A stretch of DNA of 64,000 nucleotides from Candidatus Poribacteria bacterium (lineage in GTDB: Bacteria > Poribacteria > WGA-4E > WGA-3G). The notes under the pieces are model-generated. The model was not told the DNA's origin. It saw nothing but the letters and a program-made list of their open reading frames with translations, and made no database searches. This document shows, piece by piece, positions 10,418 to 19,700 of this stretch. Numbering within the stretch: the stretch's first letter is position 1; each line of letters starts with the position of its first letter. The position numbers and the translations under genes are program-made. The stretch is from assembly GCA_963663765.2 (NCBI GenBank), contig CAXXUA010000005.1, positions 1,759,874 through 1,823,873 on the forward strand, in the 5' to 3' direction.

Positions 10418-11536
10418 CAAGAATATCAGGGTTATTTAGTTTTAAAAACTCTCAGTTATCAAGTTAACTGCGAGTTTAGGTTTTGAAGCTAAGTATTTTA
10501 TCTCATCTGCTATACGCGTTATCCCAGCAAATCGCAACACTGCTAAGGCTGTATTTCGCAAAGCAGCCATGATTTGTGGAATAGCACCGCATCGGACAGA
10601 CGATGCGTCTTCTCCAAGTTGAGTATCACGCATCCAATGCGACTTGTTCTCTATTGACCAATGCCCACGGCGTAGCTCAAGTAAACGTTGGGCAGAAGTT
10701 TCTCCGGGTGTCAGACTTGTAATACCATAATGGATTTTGGTTTTTTCTTCTCCTGTTTTCGTGTTTTTGTAAGTATAACGATATTGGAACACTTGTGCTA
10801 TACCTGGCCAATCCAGATATGCGTTGAGACTTGTGCTTGCTTTCAAACACCTTGTCTCTATTCTACCATGTGATTTTTCAGAAGTCTCGTGAGTGTAAAT
10901 AGGGGCTCCCAATTTAGGATGTGGTGTGTTATCAGAAAGCGTGTCTGGAACGTCTTGAAAGAGTTTTTGGATCTCATCGTAAAGGTCCGGTTGGTTCTTT
11001 TTGACAGGGAGCACATAGTCTCCATTACCCTCTATGATGGCGTGGCAGAAAGGTCGCTGTGTCAAAAGTGCGTCTGTTGTGATGACTTTACCACTCACAT
11101 CAAAGTTTTTGAGGATCTCTGTTGAGATCGGTATTTCGTTGGTTTTATCACTGACACCTTTTTGTGTCAGTGTGACGCCTAACTCATGAGACACAACAGA
11201 GAGTAAATGGCTTATTGTCGCACCACTTTTCTTACTGGCACGCATCGTTTTACCGTCTATAGCGACTGCGTCAAGACAACCTTCTAAATCAGGTCGATTT
11301 TTACAAACGTCTTCTACCCAGTCTGTAAATGTCTTTTCAACAGCATCAGCATCTAAATCTTTTAGAACATTATGTATTGTTGCGGGACAAGGTGTTTTCT
11401 TGTGTGTAAAACCGAGTGTCCTTGCGAGGTTTGGTTGGGTTCGGGCCCAAGTTGCGATGGATGTATATCCTTTATGTCCAGTCATAAAACCAATAAGGAC
11501 AAGTCCGAGGATTGAGTTCAGTGGGTGTCGTTTTCC

Positions 11537-12998
11537 GGGTGTGTAAAGTTTTTGTAGAAATACTGATGTGTAAAGAGATGTTGCGAAATTTAATAAAAAA
11601 TGGTACCCTTTCCTAATAATCAAATTATAATCATATTTATAGGAGAGGATACCAATGCTCAATATTAATATAAGTATACCATCAGAGTGTCACGAAATCA
11701 AGGAGATTTTAGAAGAGATCGCTGAGGTTACTGGAACACTTTCGTCATCCCCTTGCGTCCCATTAGAAGAAGTTGAGACTTGTGTGCGAGACCTTATGCT
11801 TAGAAATGCTCAAAAGTTAGTAGAAGCGTGTGTATCAGCACATGCTTCTCAGCAATCAGAAGAACCTGTTGAATGCCCAGAATGTGAACAAGTGTGTCGT
11901 CCGATACAGAAGCGCGGTGTGAATATCACGACACTTTGTGGCAAGATCCGTGTGAACCGTTGGGTGTATAAATGTAGTTCGGGACATTACCATAGACCTT
12001 GGGATGTGCGGCAAAAGTTGATAGGTAAATGGACGCGTCGTGTTGTAGAACGGATATGTAATGTTGCTGCTCATTTTGACTATAGAGCCGCGGTAAAAGA
12101 GTTGTCTTTTCAAGGGATAGAAGTGAGCCATACGGCAGTGCGTGAAAAAGTGCTTGAATGTTCAGAAGATTTGAATGTGTGTGAACAAGTAGAATGCCAA
12201 ACCCTTGAAGACAATCAGCGTTGGTATGTGAGTTGTGATGGATGCCACACCAACTCACAAGAGGGGTGGAAAGAAACCAAAGTTGGTTGTATTTATAGAG
12301 ATTATCCACAACCTCCGAATAGTTCTGGTGCGACACCGAGTGCGAGAACACCAAGCATTCGTTATGTTGCTGAGCGTGAGAATGCGGCTCATTTCGGTAA
12401 AGAGTTGTATAAGTTAGCAACGCAGAGCGGCATCTATCAAGAAGATATAGGGACGCAAGAGGTCGTATTTATCGGAGATGGAGCGGCGTGGATATGGAAC
12501 TTAGCGGATGAATACTTCCCGAATGCTGTAGAGATTGTGGATTACATGCATGCCAAATCACATCTTTATGATGTGGCTAAAGTTGCCTTTGGTGAGACAG
12601 AAACAGAAGACGTAGAAACTTGGGTCACAGAGACAGAACCCTTTCTTTTTGATGGCAACATTCCAGAAGTTGTCTCACGTATCCGTGCTTTAGCCACACA
12701 GCACCCAGACGTTTGTGAGATTTTAGTAAGAGAAACAGGTTATTTTGAAAAACACGCGAAACGGATGCAATATAAGACGTTTAGAGAAAAGGGGTATCAG
12801 GTTGGGAGTGGTGTGATTGAGAGTGCGTGTAAACATGTTGTGGGACAAAGGTGTAAACAAGCAGCTATGAGATGGAAAAAAGAAGGTATCAACTCAGTGC
12901 TTGCTTTACGGTGTTTAGTCAAAAATAAGGCGTGGGACAGATATTGGATGCAACACCCACAAGCAGCATGAAACTTATAACCAAAACTTTACACACCC
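11537..12998 (+). mobile_element. ISKra4/ISLre2-type (mutator-like) insertion sequence, 1462 bp
   Basis: TIRs GGGTGTGTAAAGTTTT / AAAACTTTACACACCC; 9-bp target duplication TCGTTTTCC at 11528-11536 and 12999-13007. Confidence 0.9.
11655..12971 (+). CDS. ISKra4-family transposase
   Basis: CPEC zinc ribbon, VSCDG, KETKVG, IGDGAAWIWN, DYMHAKSHL, GSGVIESACK..V..R.K...MRW. Confidence 0.85.
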   Translation: MLNINISIPSECHEIKEILEEIAEVTGTLSSSPCVPLEEVETCVRDLMLRNAQKLVEACVSAHASQQSEEPVECPECEQVCRPIQKRGVNITTLCGKIRVNRWVYKCSSGHYHRPWDVRQKLIGKWTRRVVERICNVAAHFDYRAAVKELSFQGIEVSHTAVREKVLECSEDLNVCEQVECQTLEDNQRWYVSCDGCHTNSQEGWKETKVGCIYRDYPQPPNSSGATPSARTPSIRYVAERENAAHFGKELYKLATQSGIYQEDIGTQEVVFIGDGAAWIWNLADEYFPNAVEIVDYMHAKSHLYDVAKVAFGETETEDVETWVTETEPFLFDGNIPEVVSRIRALATQHPDVCEILVRETGYFEKHAKRMQYKTFREKGYQVGSGVIESACKHVVGQRCKQAAMRWKKEGINSVLALRCLVKNKAWDRYWMQHPQAA

Positions 12999-13229
12999 TC
13001 GTTTTCCTTTATTGTTGCGCGGGTCTTGAATTTCTGCTAATCTATCTAACAAGTGTCGAGAGTTTTTCTCTGGCATTTTTCACCTCAAAGGTAAGATTTT
13101 TTAGGTGAAGTATAGCAGATATAGCGCGATAAATCACGCTATATCTGCATATCCAAAAATATTAACGATTGTGATAAAAAACAACCAAAACTCCTAAAAC
13201 TAAATAACCCTGCAAGAATATATAAATGA

Positions 13230-13258
13230 TTGACACAAAAAGCAAACTATGATAGTAT
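13230..13258 (+). promoter_or_regulatory. sigma70-type promoter for the LamG gene
   Basis: TTGACA-17 nt-TAGTAT with extended -10 TG. Confidence 0.5.
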
Positions 13259-13369
13259 TAAGAGGCATTTGTTTCACTGTCCATACATTACACATTAATG
13301 TTATATTTTGTAAGTTATAATAATGCACTAATTAACCATGATATGATAACCATATCTCTGGAGGAAAAA

Positions 13370-14164
13370 ATGAAAATGTTTTCAAAATACTTAGCAATAT
13401 TTAGTATCAGTTTATTTGCTGTTATGCTTGCGATCTCAATGCAAGTTGATGCGGCAATTGATCCTGGGACTGCAATGGCGATTTGGCTTCTTGATGAAGG
13501 TGAAGGTAATGATATCAGCGACAGTTCGGGAAATAACAATCATGGCGAACTGCAAGGTGGACAGTGGGTTGATGGTCCCTCCGGCCCTGCTTTGAGTTTA
13601 AATGGACAAAATGATCGGGTCATCGTTCCAGATTCTGATAGTTTATACGCACCAGAAGGTTGGACCATTACCGCCTGGGTCTTTGTGAATGGCGCTGAGA
13701 CTAATTATGGACATATTGTTGGCAAGAGACATGCATCTACTGCAATAGTAAATTACGCCTTCAGAGTAAGTTCTAATGGTGCTCATTGGGAAGCTTATTA
13801 TAGTCGTGGTGGTTGGAAAGGTGTATGGAATCAAGGAACCGTAAATAAAGATACATGGTTATATATGACAGCGACGTATGATGGCGTGGATACCATTAAG
13901 CTTTATGAAAACGGAACCGAGTTCTCTTCAACTAATGGATATGGTGGTCCGGCACCTCGGGATACAAACGAAGTTCACATTGGTGGTTGGACTAACAGCA
14001 CCACTGAAACTTTGAACGGTATGCTCTACGATGTTGCAATATTCAATGTCGCGCTGTCCGCGGAAGACATAAATACACTAATGGACAAAGGTTTAGCGGG
14101 TGTCCTTCCTGTTGAACCTATGGATAAGCTTTCAACCACATGGGGAAGTATCAAGTCCCGTTAG
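13370..14164 (+). CDS. Secreted LamG/ConA-like jellyroll protein with C-terminal VEPMDKLSTTWGSIK tail
   Basis: W.LDEG.G..ISDSSGNNNHG, TITAWV, W.Y...TYDG..IKLYENG, IFNVALS.EDI; GGAGG RBS. Confidence 0.85.
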   Translation: MKMFSKYLAIFSISLFAVMLAISMQVDAAIDPGTAMAIWLLDEGEGNDISDSSGNNNHGELQGGQWVDGPSGPALSLNGQNDRVIVPDSDSLYAPEGWTITAWVFVNGAETNYGHIVGKRHASTAIVNYAFRVSSNGAHWEAYYSRGGWKGVWNQGTVNKDTWLYMTATYDGVDTIKLYENGTEFSSTNGYGGPAPRDTNEVHIGGWTNSTTETLNGMLYDVAIFNVALSAEDINTLMDKGLAGVLPVEPMDKLSTTWGSIKSR

Positions 14165-14290
14165 CACTGACATCTAATTTTATTGAAATGGTATTGAGTG
14201 ATTCGCATCGCGCCCAATTTGGCTACACCCAATTTGGGCGTTTTGCATTGCGGGTTAAAATAACAAATCATATCAAACATGGAGATAACT

Positions 14291-15571
14291 ATGGCAAAAT
14301 CACCAAACATATTACTCATTCTTGCAGATGATCACGGTTATGGCGATATCTCAGCACATGATGGACCCTCAATTCAAACACCTAACATTGACAGAATTGC
14401 CGCAGAAGGTACACGTTTAACGCAATTTTATGCGAACTCCTCTGTATGTTCACCGAGTCGTGCCTCTCTGATGACAGGACGTTATCCTGATCGAGTTGGT
14501 GTTCCTGGTGTGGTACGCACACATGCCCAGAACAACTGGGGTTATTTTCAACGGGATGCGATCACACTGCCTTCAATGTTGAAACAGAAAGACTATCGTA
14601 CCGCACTTATCGGTAAGTGGCATTTGGGACTTGAAGATGAGAATCACCCGTGCAAACGCGGGTTTGACCATTTCCACGGTTTCCTCGGTGATATGATGGA
14701 CGACTATTATACACATCTGCGACATGGTAATAACTACATGCGGCGTAGTTTTGAAACGATTGATCCGAGAGGTCACGCAACAGACCTTTTTTCGGATTGG
14801 AGTGTGGACTTTGTTCGCACGCATGCACATACATCCCATCCCTTTTTCCTCTATCTTGCTTACAATGCACCGCATTCACCGATACAACCGCCAGATGACT
14901 GGATTGAACGCGTACAGAAACGTGAACCGGATATTTCACCGCAACGTGCGAAACACATTGCTCTTGTGGAGCATATGGATGCGGGTATCGGACGCGTGCT
15001 TGATGCCCTTGAAAAAACAGATCAACTCTCTAATACACTCGTGATTTACACGTCAGACAATGGTGGTGCGATGCAGTTTGGTGCGCACAACGGTCCGCTC
15101 CGTGGGCAAAAAGGTCAGATGTATGAAGGCGGCATCCGAGTACCGACATGTGCGATGTGGAAAGACCATATACCAGAAGGACATGTTACGAATCAAGTTG
15201 CAATGCTTATGGATTTATTACCGACAGTGTGTGAGGTGGCTGATGTGCCTGTCAAACATGAGATTGAGGGACGTTCTATTTGGCAAACGCTTCAGGGAGA
15301 AAAACAGGACTTCTCTGATCGTCTGCTATACTGGATACGCAGAGAAGGTGGAAACCGCTTTCACGGGCAGTGTCAACACGCAATACGACAGGGTGACATC
15401 AAGATGCTACACAATAGTCCTTTTGAACCTTTGGAACTGTATGACCTATCAAGCGATCCGATGGAAGCGAATGACACTTCAGGTACAAACAATAAACTCT
15501 ATCGAGAAATGGGAAATCTGTTTCAGACAGAAAAACAGAAGGCAGGAAGTGTTCCTTGGCAGAAGGGTTAA
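14291..15571 (+). CDS. Sulfatase (Cys-type, formylglycine-dependent)
   Basis: PNILLILADD.GYGD, CSPSRASLMTGRY, GKWHLG, NAPH, SDNG, KG.MYEGGIRVP. Confidence 0.95.
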   Translation: MAKSPNILLILADDHGYGDISAHDGPSIQTPNIDRIAAEGTRLTQFYANSSVCSPSRASLMTGRYPDRVGVPGVVRTHAQNNWGYFQRDAITLPSMLKQKDYRTALIGKWHLGLEDENHPCKRGFDHFHGFLGDMMDDYYTHLRHGNNYMRRSFETIDPRGHATDLFSDWSVDFVRTHAHTSHPFFLYLAYNAPHSPIQPPDDWIERVQKREPDISPQRAKHIALVEHMDAGIGRVLDALEKTDQLSNTLVIYTSDNGGAMQFGAHNGPLRGQKGQMYEGGIRVPTCAMWKDHIPEGHVTNQVAMLMDLLPTVCEVADVPVKHEIEGRSIWQTLQGEKQDFSDRLLYWIRREGGNRFHGQCQHAIRQGDIKMLHNSPFEPLELYDLSSDPMEANDTSGTNNKLYREMGNLFQTEKQKAGSVPWQKG

Positions 15572-15781
15572 TTTCATGACCATGTAGTTCGGATTGCACT
15601 GGCACGCTATCTATTTGGAACAAAAGAACGGTAGATGCGGTTTCCTAACCGCACCGCTGCTGAATGTACAATTAATTCTTAAATCTACACATAATTGCGT
15701 TTTTGCTATCTTTTTTACATGACATGACTCAAAGGTTTAGGGTGTTTCTATAAAATGAGATTGGAACTTTTTAAGTTGCCG

Positions 15782-15810
15782 TTGACAGACGACCTAATCC
15801 ATTGTATAAT
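15782..15810 (+). promoter_or_regulatory. Perfect-consensus sigma70 promoter upstream of the grpE-hsp70-J-like cluster
   Basis: TTGACA (15782-15787), 17 nt, TATAAT (15805-15810). Confidence 0.8.
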
Positions 15811-15867
15811 CAAAAGAGACTTAGAACTGCCCCTCTAAAAAAACTCCGTTGTAAGGAGGGTTCAATT

Positions 15868-16560
15868 TTGGAAAAACAATTGAATGAAAACGACCTAAAA
15901 TCAGACATGGATATAGATACAGAAATGGATACGAATACCGTAGCAAATGCTTCTACACAAATAGATAACCCTGAAGTGTCACAACAGGGAGACCTTGCAC
16001 AGATAAATCAAACCTTGTCAACATTGCGAGATCTGTTTGACAAGCAGATTGCGCGAAACCAGAATCAGACAGAGATGTTTGATAAAATATATGCTGAAAT
16101 GAAGGAATATAAGGAGAGTTTTCTACTTGAAGTGCTTCACAAACCGGTTATCCACAACCTAATCCAACTTTACGATAGTTATGTAATGCTTGAAATGCAA
16201 CTGGACGATATATTGAGCGAAAATGAAAAAACACTGCCAGATGAACTGACGCAATTTCGGAAGAATTTGGAGAATTTTCGGTTTATTCTGGAGGAGGTGT
16301 TATACCGCATGGACGTGACTCCCTATAAGGATTCTCTGGATACACTTGATCGGCAGTTGCACAAGACGCGCAAGGTGATACCTTCAGATGACCCGCAACA
16401 GGATCAGAAAATCGCAGAAGTTCACAAGATTGGGTTTCATTGGCGAGAGAAAGTGTTCAGACCAGAAGAGGTGACGATATTTCGTAATACTACCCAAAAA
16501 ACTGATACCTCAATAAATGAATCTCCTTCCAGTGAGAAAGGAGGTAGAAGGGATGGGTAA
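15868..16560 (+). CDS. grpE: GrpE-like nucleotide exchange factor
   Basis: Long coiled coil, LIQLYDS (LL..D motif), D.QLH, IAEVHKIGF...KVFRPEEVTI; AAGGAGG RBS before TTG at 15868; overlaps the hsp70 start. Confidence 0.8.
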   Translation: MEKQLNENDLKSDMDIDTEMDTNTVANASTQIDNPEVSQQGDLAQINQTLSTLRDLFDKQIARNQNQTEMFDKIYAEMKEYKESFLLEVLHKPVIHNLIQLYDSYVMLEMQLDDILSENEKTLPDELTQFRKNLENFRFILEEVLYRMDVTPYKDSLDTLDRQLHKTRKVIPSDDPQQDQKIAEVHKIGFHWREKVFRPEEVTIFRNTTQKTDTSINESPSSEKGGRRDG

Positions 16561-18148
16561 AGTCGTTGGTATTGATCTCGGAACAACATTCTCTGCAATA
16601 GCGCACATCAATGAACATGGACAGGCAGAGATTGTTCCAAACTTAGAAAGTGAACGTATTACATCGTCGGTCATCATGTTTGAGGACAAGCTCGTGACCG
16701 TTGGCAAAATCGCCAAGCAAAACGCCAGAGCTGTCCCGGAACAGATCGTGGAGTTCGTCAAACGTGAGATGGGTAAGTCCAAAACAGAATACTTTCGTAC
16801 ATTTGATGCAAAGAACTATTCCCCTGAAGAACTCTCTGCCATTATCCTGACGAAACTCAAGCAGGACGCCGAAACATATCTGGACGAAGAAATTACGGAT
16901 GCTGTTATTACTGTTCCCGCTTATTTTCATGATGCGGAGCGCGAAGCAACCCGAAATGCAGGAAAAATTGCTGGGTTAAATGTCCTGCAAGTCCTCAATG
17001 AACCAACCGCTGCAGCACTTGCTTATGGCATGGATCAGCTGGGTACCAACCAAAATGTATTCGTATTTGACCTTGGTGGTGGTACGTTTGATGTGACGAT
17101 CATGAGCGTGTCCGACACTGAAATCCAGATGCTTGCAACAAACGGTGACCACAGACTTGGCGGTAAGGATTGGGATGATAAGATCATCACACATGTTGCG
17201 GAGATGTTTGAGATAGAGCACGGGGAGAACCCGTTAGAGGACCTTCACACGTATCAAGACTTACAATTGGATGCGATCACTGCGAAAGAATCTTTGTCAT
17301 TAAGGCAGCGCGCCCTCATCGTTTGCGGCTATAACGGCAAGACAACACGCGTGGAATTGACCAGAGAAAAGTTTGAACAACTCACTGCAGACCTGCTTGA
17401 AAGATGTCGTGTTTTGTGTAATGTTGTCCTGACAGAAGCAGATATGTCGTGGGAAGATATAGACAAAATCCTGTTAGTCGGTGGGTCAACTCGGATGCCG
17501 ATGGTGCGTGAGATGATAGCCGCAAGCAGCGGTAAAGAGATCAATCCTTATGAAGTCAACCCGGATGAAGTCGTGGCAATCGGTGCTGCTATTCAGGGAA
17601 CGCTCCGTCAGATTTCCGAAGGTGAGACCGAAACCGCCGATATACCGGATGCTGTCATTGAAAGATTCATCGGACCTGACGGTGCACCGAAGGTTACCGT
17701 AACTGATGGTGCGACACATAACCTTGGACTTGTCGTCCTAAACGCACAACGCGAGCATATCATCCATGTTATGATACCCAAAATGACGGCTGTGCCATGT
17801 GAAGTCGGAGATAAGTTCTTGACAGTTGACCACAATCAACCTTCGGTGTTAATTGAAGTCGTGCAGGGACTTCAACAGGATCAATTCAGAGAGAATATTG
17901 ATCACTTTGATGAGTACAAATTAGGTGAATGTACGCTTGAGTTGCCACTGGGGTTACCACAAGGGTCTCCAATTGAAGTTATCTACAAATACAACTTGCA
18001 TCAAAATCTTGAGGTATCCGCAACATCTCTCTCTGACGATGACGCAACTGCTGTCTACGACATCTTTTCCATCATTGATAGACCGACTCTCAATGAAGAG
18101 GAGGTTGCACAGGCAAAAACGGAACTACAAGATTTAATCGTTGAATAA
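16553..18148 (+). CDS. Hsp70-family protein (divergent DnaK paralog lacking most of the helical lid)
   Basis: VVGIDLGTT, AVITVPAYF, NEPTAAALAYG, VFDLGGGTFDVT, LGGKDWD, LVGGSTRMP, NPDEVVAIGAAIQ; ends about 20 aa after SBD-beta. Confidence 0.95.
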   Translation: MGKVVGIDLGTTFSAIAHINEHGQAEIVPNLESERITSSVIMFEDKLVTVGKIAKQNARAVPEQIVEFVKREMGKSKTEYFRTFDAKNYSPEELSAIILTKLKQDAETYLDEEITDAVITVPAYFHDAEREATRNAGKIAGLNVLQVLNEPTAAALAYGMDQLGTNQNVFVFDLGGGTFDVTIMSVSDTEIQMLATNGDHRLGGKDWDDKIITHVAEMFEIEHGENPLEDLHTYQDLQLDAITAKESLSLRQRALIVCGYNGKTTRVELTREKFEQLTADLLERCRVLCNVVLTEADMSWEDIDKILLVGGSTRMPMVREMIAASSGKEINPYEVNPDEVVAIGAAIQGTLRQISEGETETADIPDAVIERFIGPDGAPKVTVTDGATHNLGLVVLNAQREHIIHVMIPKMTAVPCEVGDKFLTVDHNQPSVLIEVVQGLQQDQFRENIDHFDEYKLGECTLELPLGLPQGSPIEVIYKYNLHQNLEVSATSLSDDDATAVYDIFSIIDRPTLNEEEVAQAKTELQDLIVE

Positions 18149-18231
18149 GTGCTGTTCTGAAATAACCTTATGTCAAATGTTTTTGTTTGTCTTACCGCCT
18201 CCTTCAAACCTGCTTCAAGGGAAATGAACCA

Positions 18232-19641
18232 ATGTCAAACAGGGATGAATTTATTGCCTTAGTAAACGACCTAAAAATGATTTCACCAACGATTTCTGAT
18301 GAACAACGTAAAGGTCTGCTCCATCGCGCAGTACAACGCTATGGTATTCCTATTGATGAAGCGATAGAGATATTAAAAACATCAGGATTAGTTGTAGGTG
18401 AACAAGTTAATTATTTTAAGGTCTTAGGTTTTTCAATATCTGAACTAAATGGACGAAGTGAACTGGATATTATTCAAAGTGTTGAAACGGCACATAGAAC
18501 CCTCTATAGTGCTTCGTTGACAGCAGGCGGACTCCCTCGTTCAGATGGTAGAACGCAAGAACAGTGGCGAACACTCCTGAATCAAGCGAAAGACGTACTC
18601 AGTAACCCGCAAAAGAGGAACAAACACATTGGTGAACTGAATTCCAAAAAACGTGAAGCATCAACCGTAGAGGATTTACCAAGAACAAGCACTGGTATCA
18701 CCAGACCTCAAATCCAGGTAAAAGATGCGGTTCTTTCAAAACACGAAGATGCAGTGCATTCTGTTGCATTTTCACCAGATAGCACTACTGTTGCCAGTGG
18801 TAGTGCAGACAAGACATTGTGTCTGTGGGATGTTGTGACGGGAACGGTAAAAAATACCCTTATTGGACATCAAGACATCGTCAGTTCTGTCGCGTATTCC
18901 CCGGATGGTAGCACAATCGCAAGTGGTAGTTATGATAGAACGGTACGTTTATGGGATGCAAATACTGGAGAACTAAATAAGCTACTGATAGGACATGAGG
19001 ATACCATCAGTTCTGTCGCTTATGCATCTGTTGATAGCTCAATTGCAAGTGCAAGTCATGATGGAACAATTCGTGTGTGGGATGCTGTTGATGGAGGACT
19101 TAAGAATATTCTCAAAGGACATAAAAATTGGGTGAGTTCCGTGGCGTATTCCCCGGATGGTAGTACAATCGCAAGTGGTAGTTATGATAGAATGATCGGT
19201 TTATGGGATGCTACAACAGGTCAATATAAGTACAGTTTAATTGGTCATAAGAATAGTGTTAGCTCAATAGTGTATTCACCTGATGGCAAAACATTAGCAA
19301 GTACAAGTATTTATGGATCGGTTCGTTTTTGGGACACTACCACAGGTGAACCCATTGATTTTCTTCAAGGACATCTATCTTGGTTTAACGCTATAGAATA
19401 TTCACCTGATGGTTCAACGGTGGCTTGTGGAAGTTATTACGGGGTGGTGCGTTTGTGTGACCTCAGAACGGGGAAATTCACAAATACACTTACTGGTCAT
19501 AAAACTCTGATAAATTCACTCGCTTATTCACCTTGTGGTAGGGTTCTTGTCAGTTGTAGCACGGATAAGGATGTACGTTTGTGGAATCTTACTCAGTTCA
19601 AGGAATCGCCGTTAGAACATGGTCCTGTCTTTTTTTTCTAA
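18232..19641 (+). CDS. Degenerate J-domain protein fused to a 7-bladed WD40 propeller
   Basis: Shared family N-terminus plus NYFKVLG...PRSDG...LLNQAKDVLSNPQKR; seven GH...V.SVAYSPDG..IASGSYD.TVRLWD repeats. Confidence 0.85.
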   Translation: MSNRDEFIALVNDLKMISPTISDEQRKGLLHRAVQRYGIPIDEAIEILKTSGLVVGEQVNYFKVLGFSISELNGRSELDIIQSVETAHRTLYSASLTAGGLPRSDGRTQEQWRTLLNQAKDVLSNPQKRNKHIGELNSKKREASTVEDLPRTSTGITRPQIQVKDAVLSKHEDAVHSVAFSPDSTTVASGSADKTLCLWDVVTGTVKNTLIGHQDIVSSVAYSPDGSTIASGSYDRTVRLWDANTGELNKLLIGHEDTISSVAYASVDSSIASASHDGTIRVWDAVDGGLKNILKGHKNWVSSVAYSPDGSTIASGSYDRMIGLWDATTGQYKYSLIGHKNSVSSIVYSPDGKTLASTSIYGSVRFWDTTTGEPIDFLQGHLSWFNAIEYSPDGSTVACGSYYGVVRLCDLRTGKFTNTLTGHKTLINSLAYSPCGRVLVSCSTDKDVRLWNLTQFKESPLEHGPVFFF

Positions 19642-19700
19642 GTAACATTTATATGACCAAAGATATAGGTTCAGTCTGTTTCTGGAAAGAGGATGTTTGA

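Larger units (their letters stand above)
10442..13076 (-). pseudogene. ISAs1-family DDE transposase interrupted after codon 26 by an ISKra4-type IS
   Basis: The true N-terminus MPEKNSRHLLDRLAEIQDPRNNKGKR (13076-12999, GAGGTG RBS) rejoins HPLNSILG... at 11527. AIDGK, KTNEI, TTDAL, YVLPVKKNQ, HGRIETR and HWSIENKSHW motifs present. Confidence 0.9.
10427..13212 (-). mobile_element. ISAs1-family insertion sequence (1315 bp without the nested IS)
   Basis: TIRs CAGGGTTATTTAGTTTT / AAAACTAAATAACCCTG; 9-bp DR CAAGAATAT at 10418-10426 and 13213-13221. Confidence 0.9.

Noticed and set aside
11537-11662. N-terminus of the 406-aa ORF 10442..11662 as the native transposase start
   Set aside because: It derives from the nested ISKra4 end; the native start is at 13076
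16553-18148. Housekeeping dnaK
   Set aside because: Only 531 aa, no lid, altered linker and R167 position, no canonical dnaJ or hrcA nearby, so the symbol was withheld
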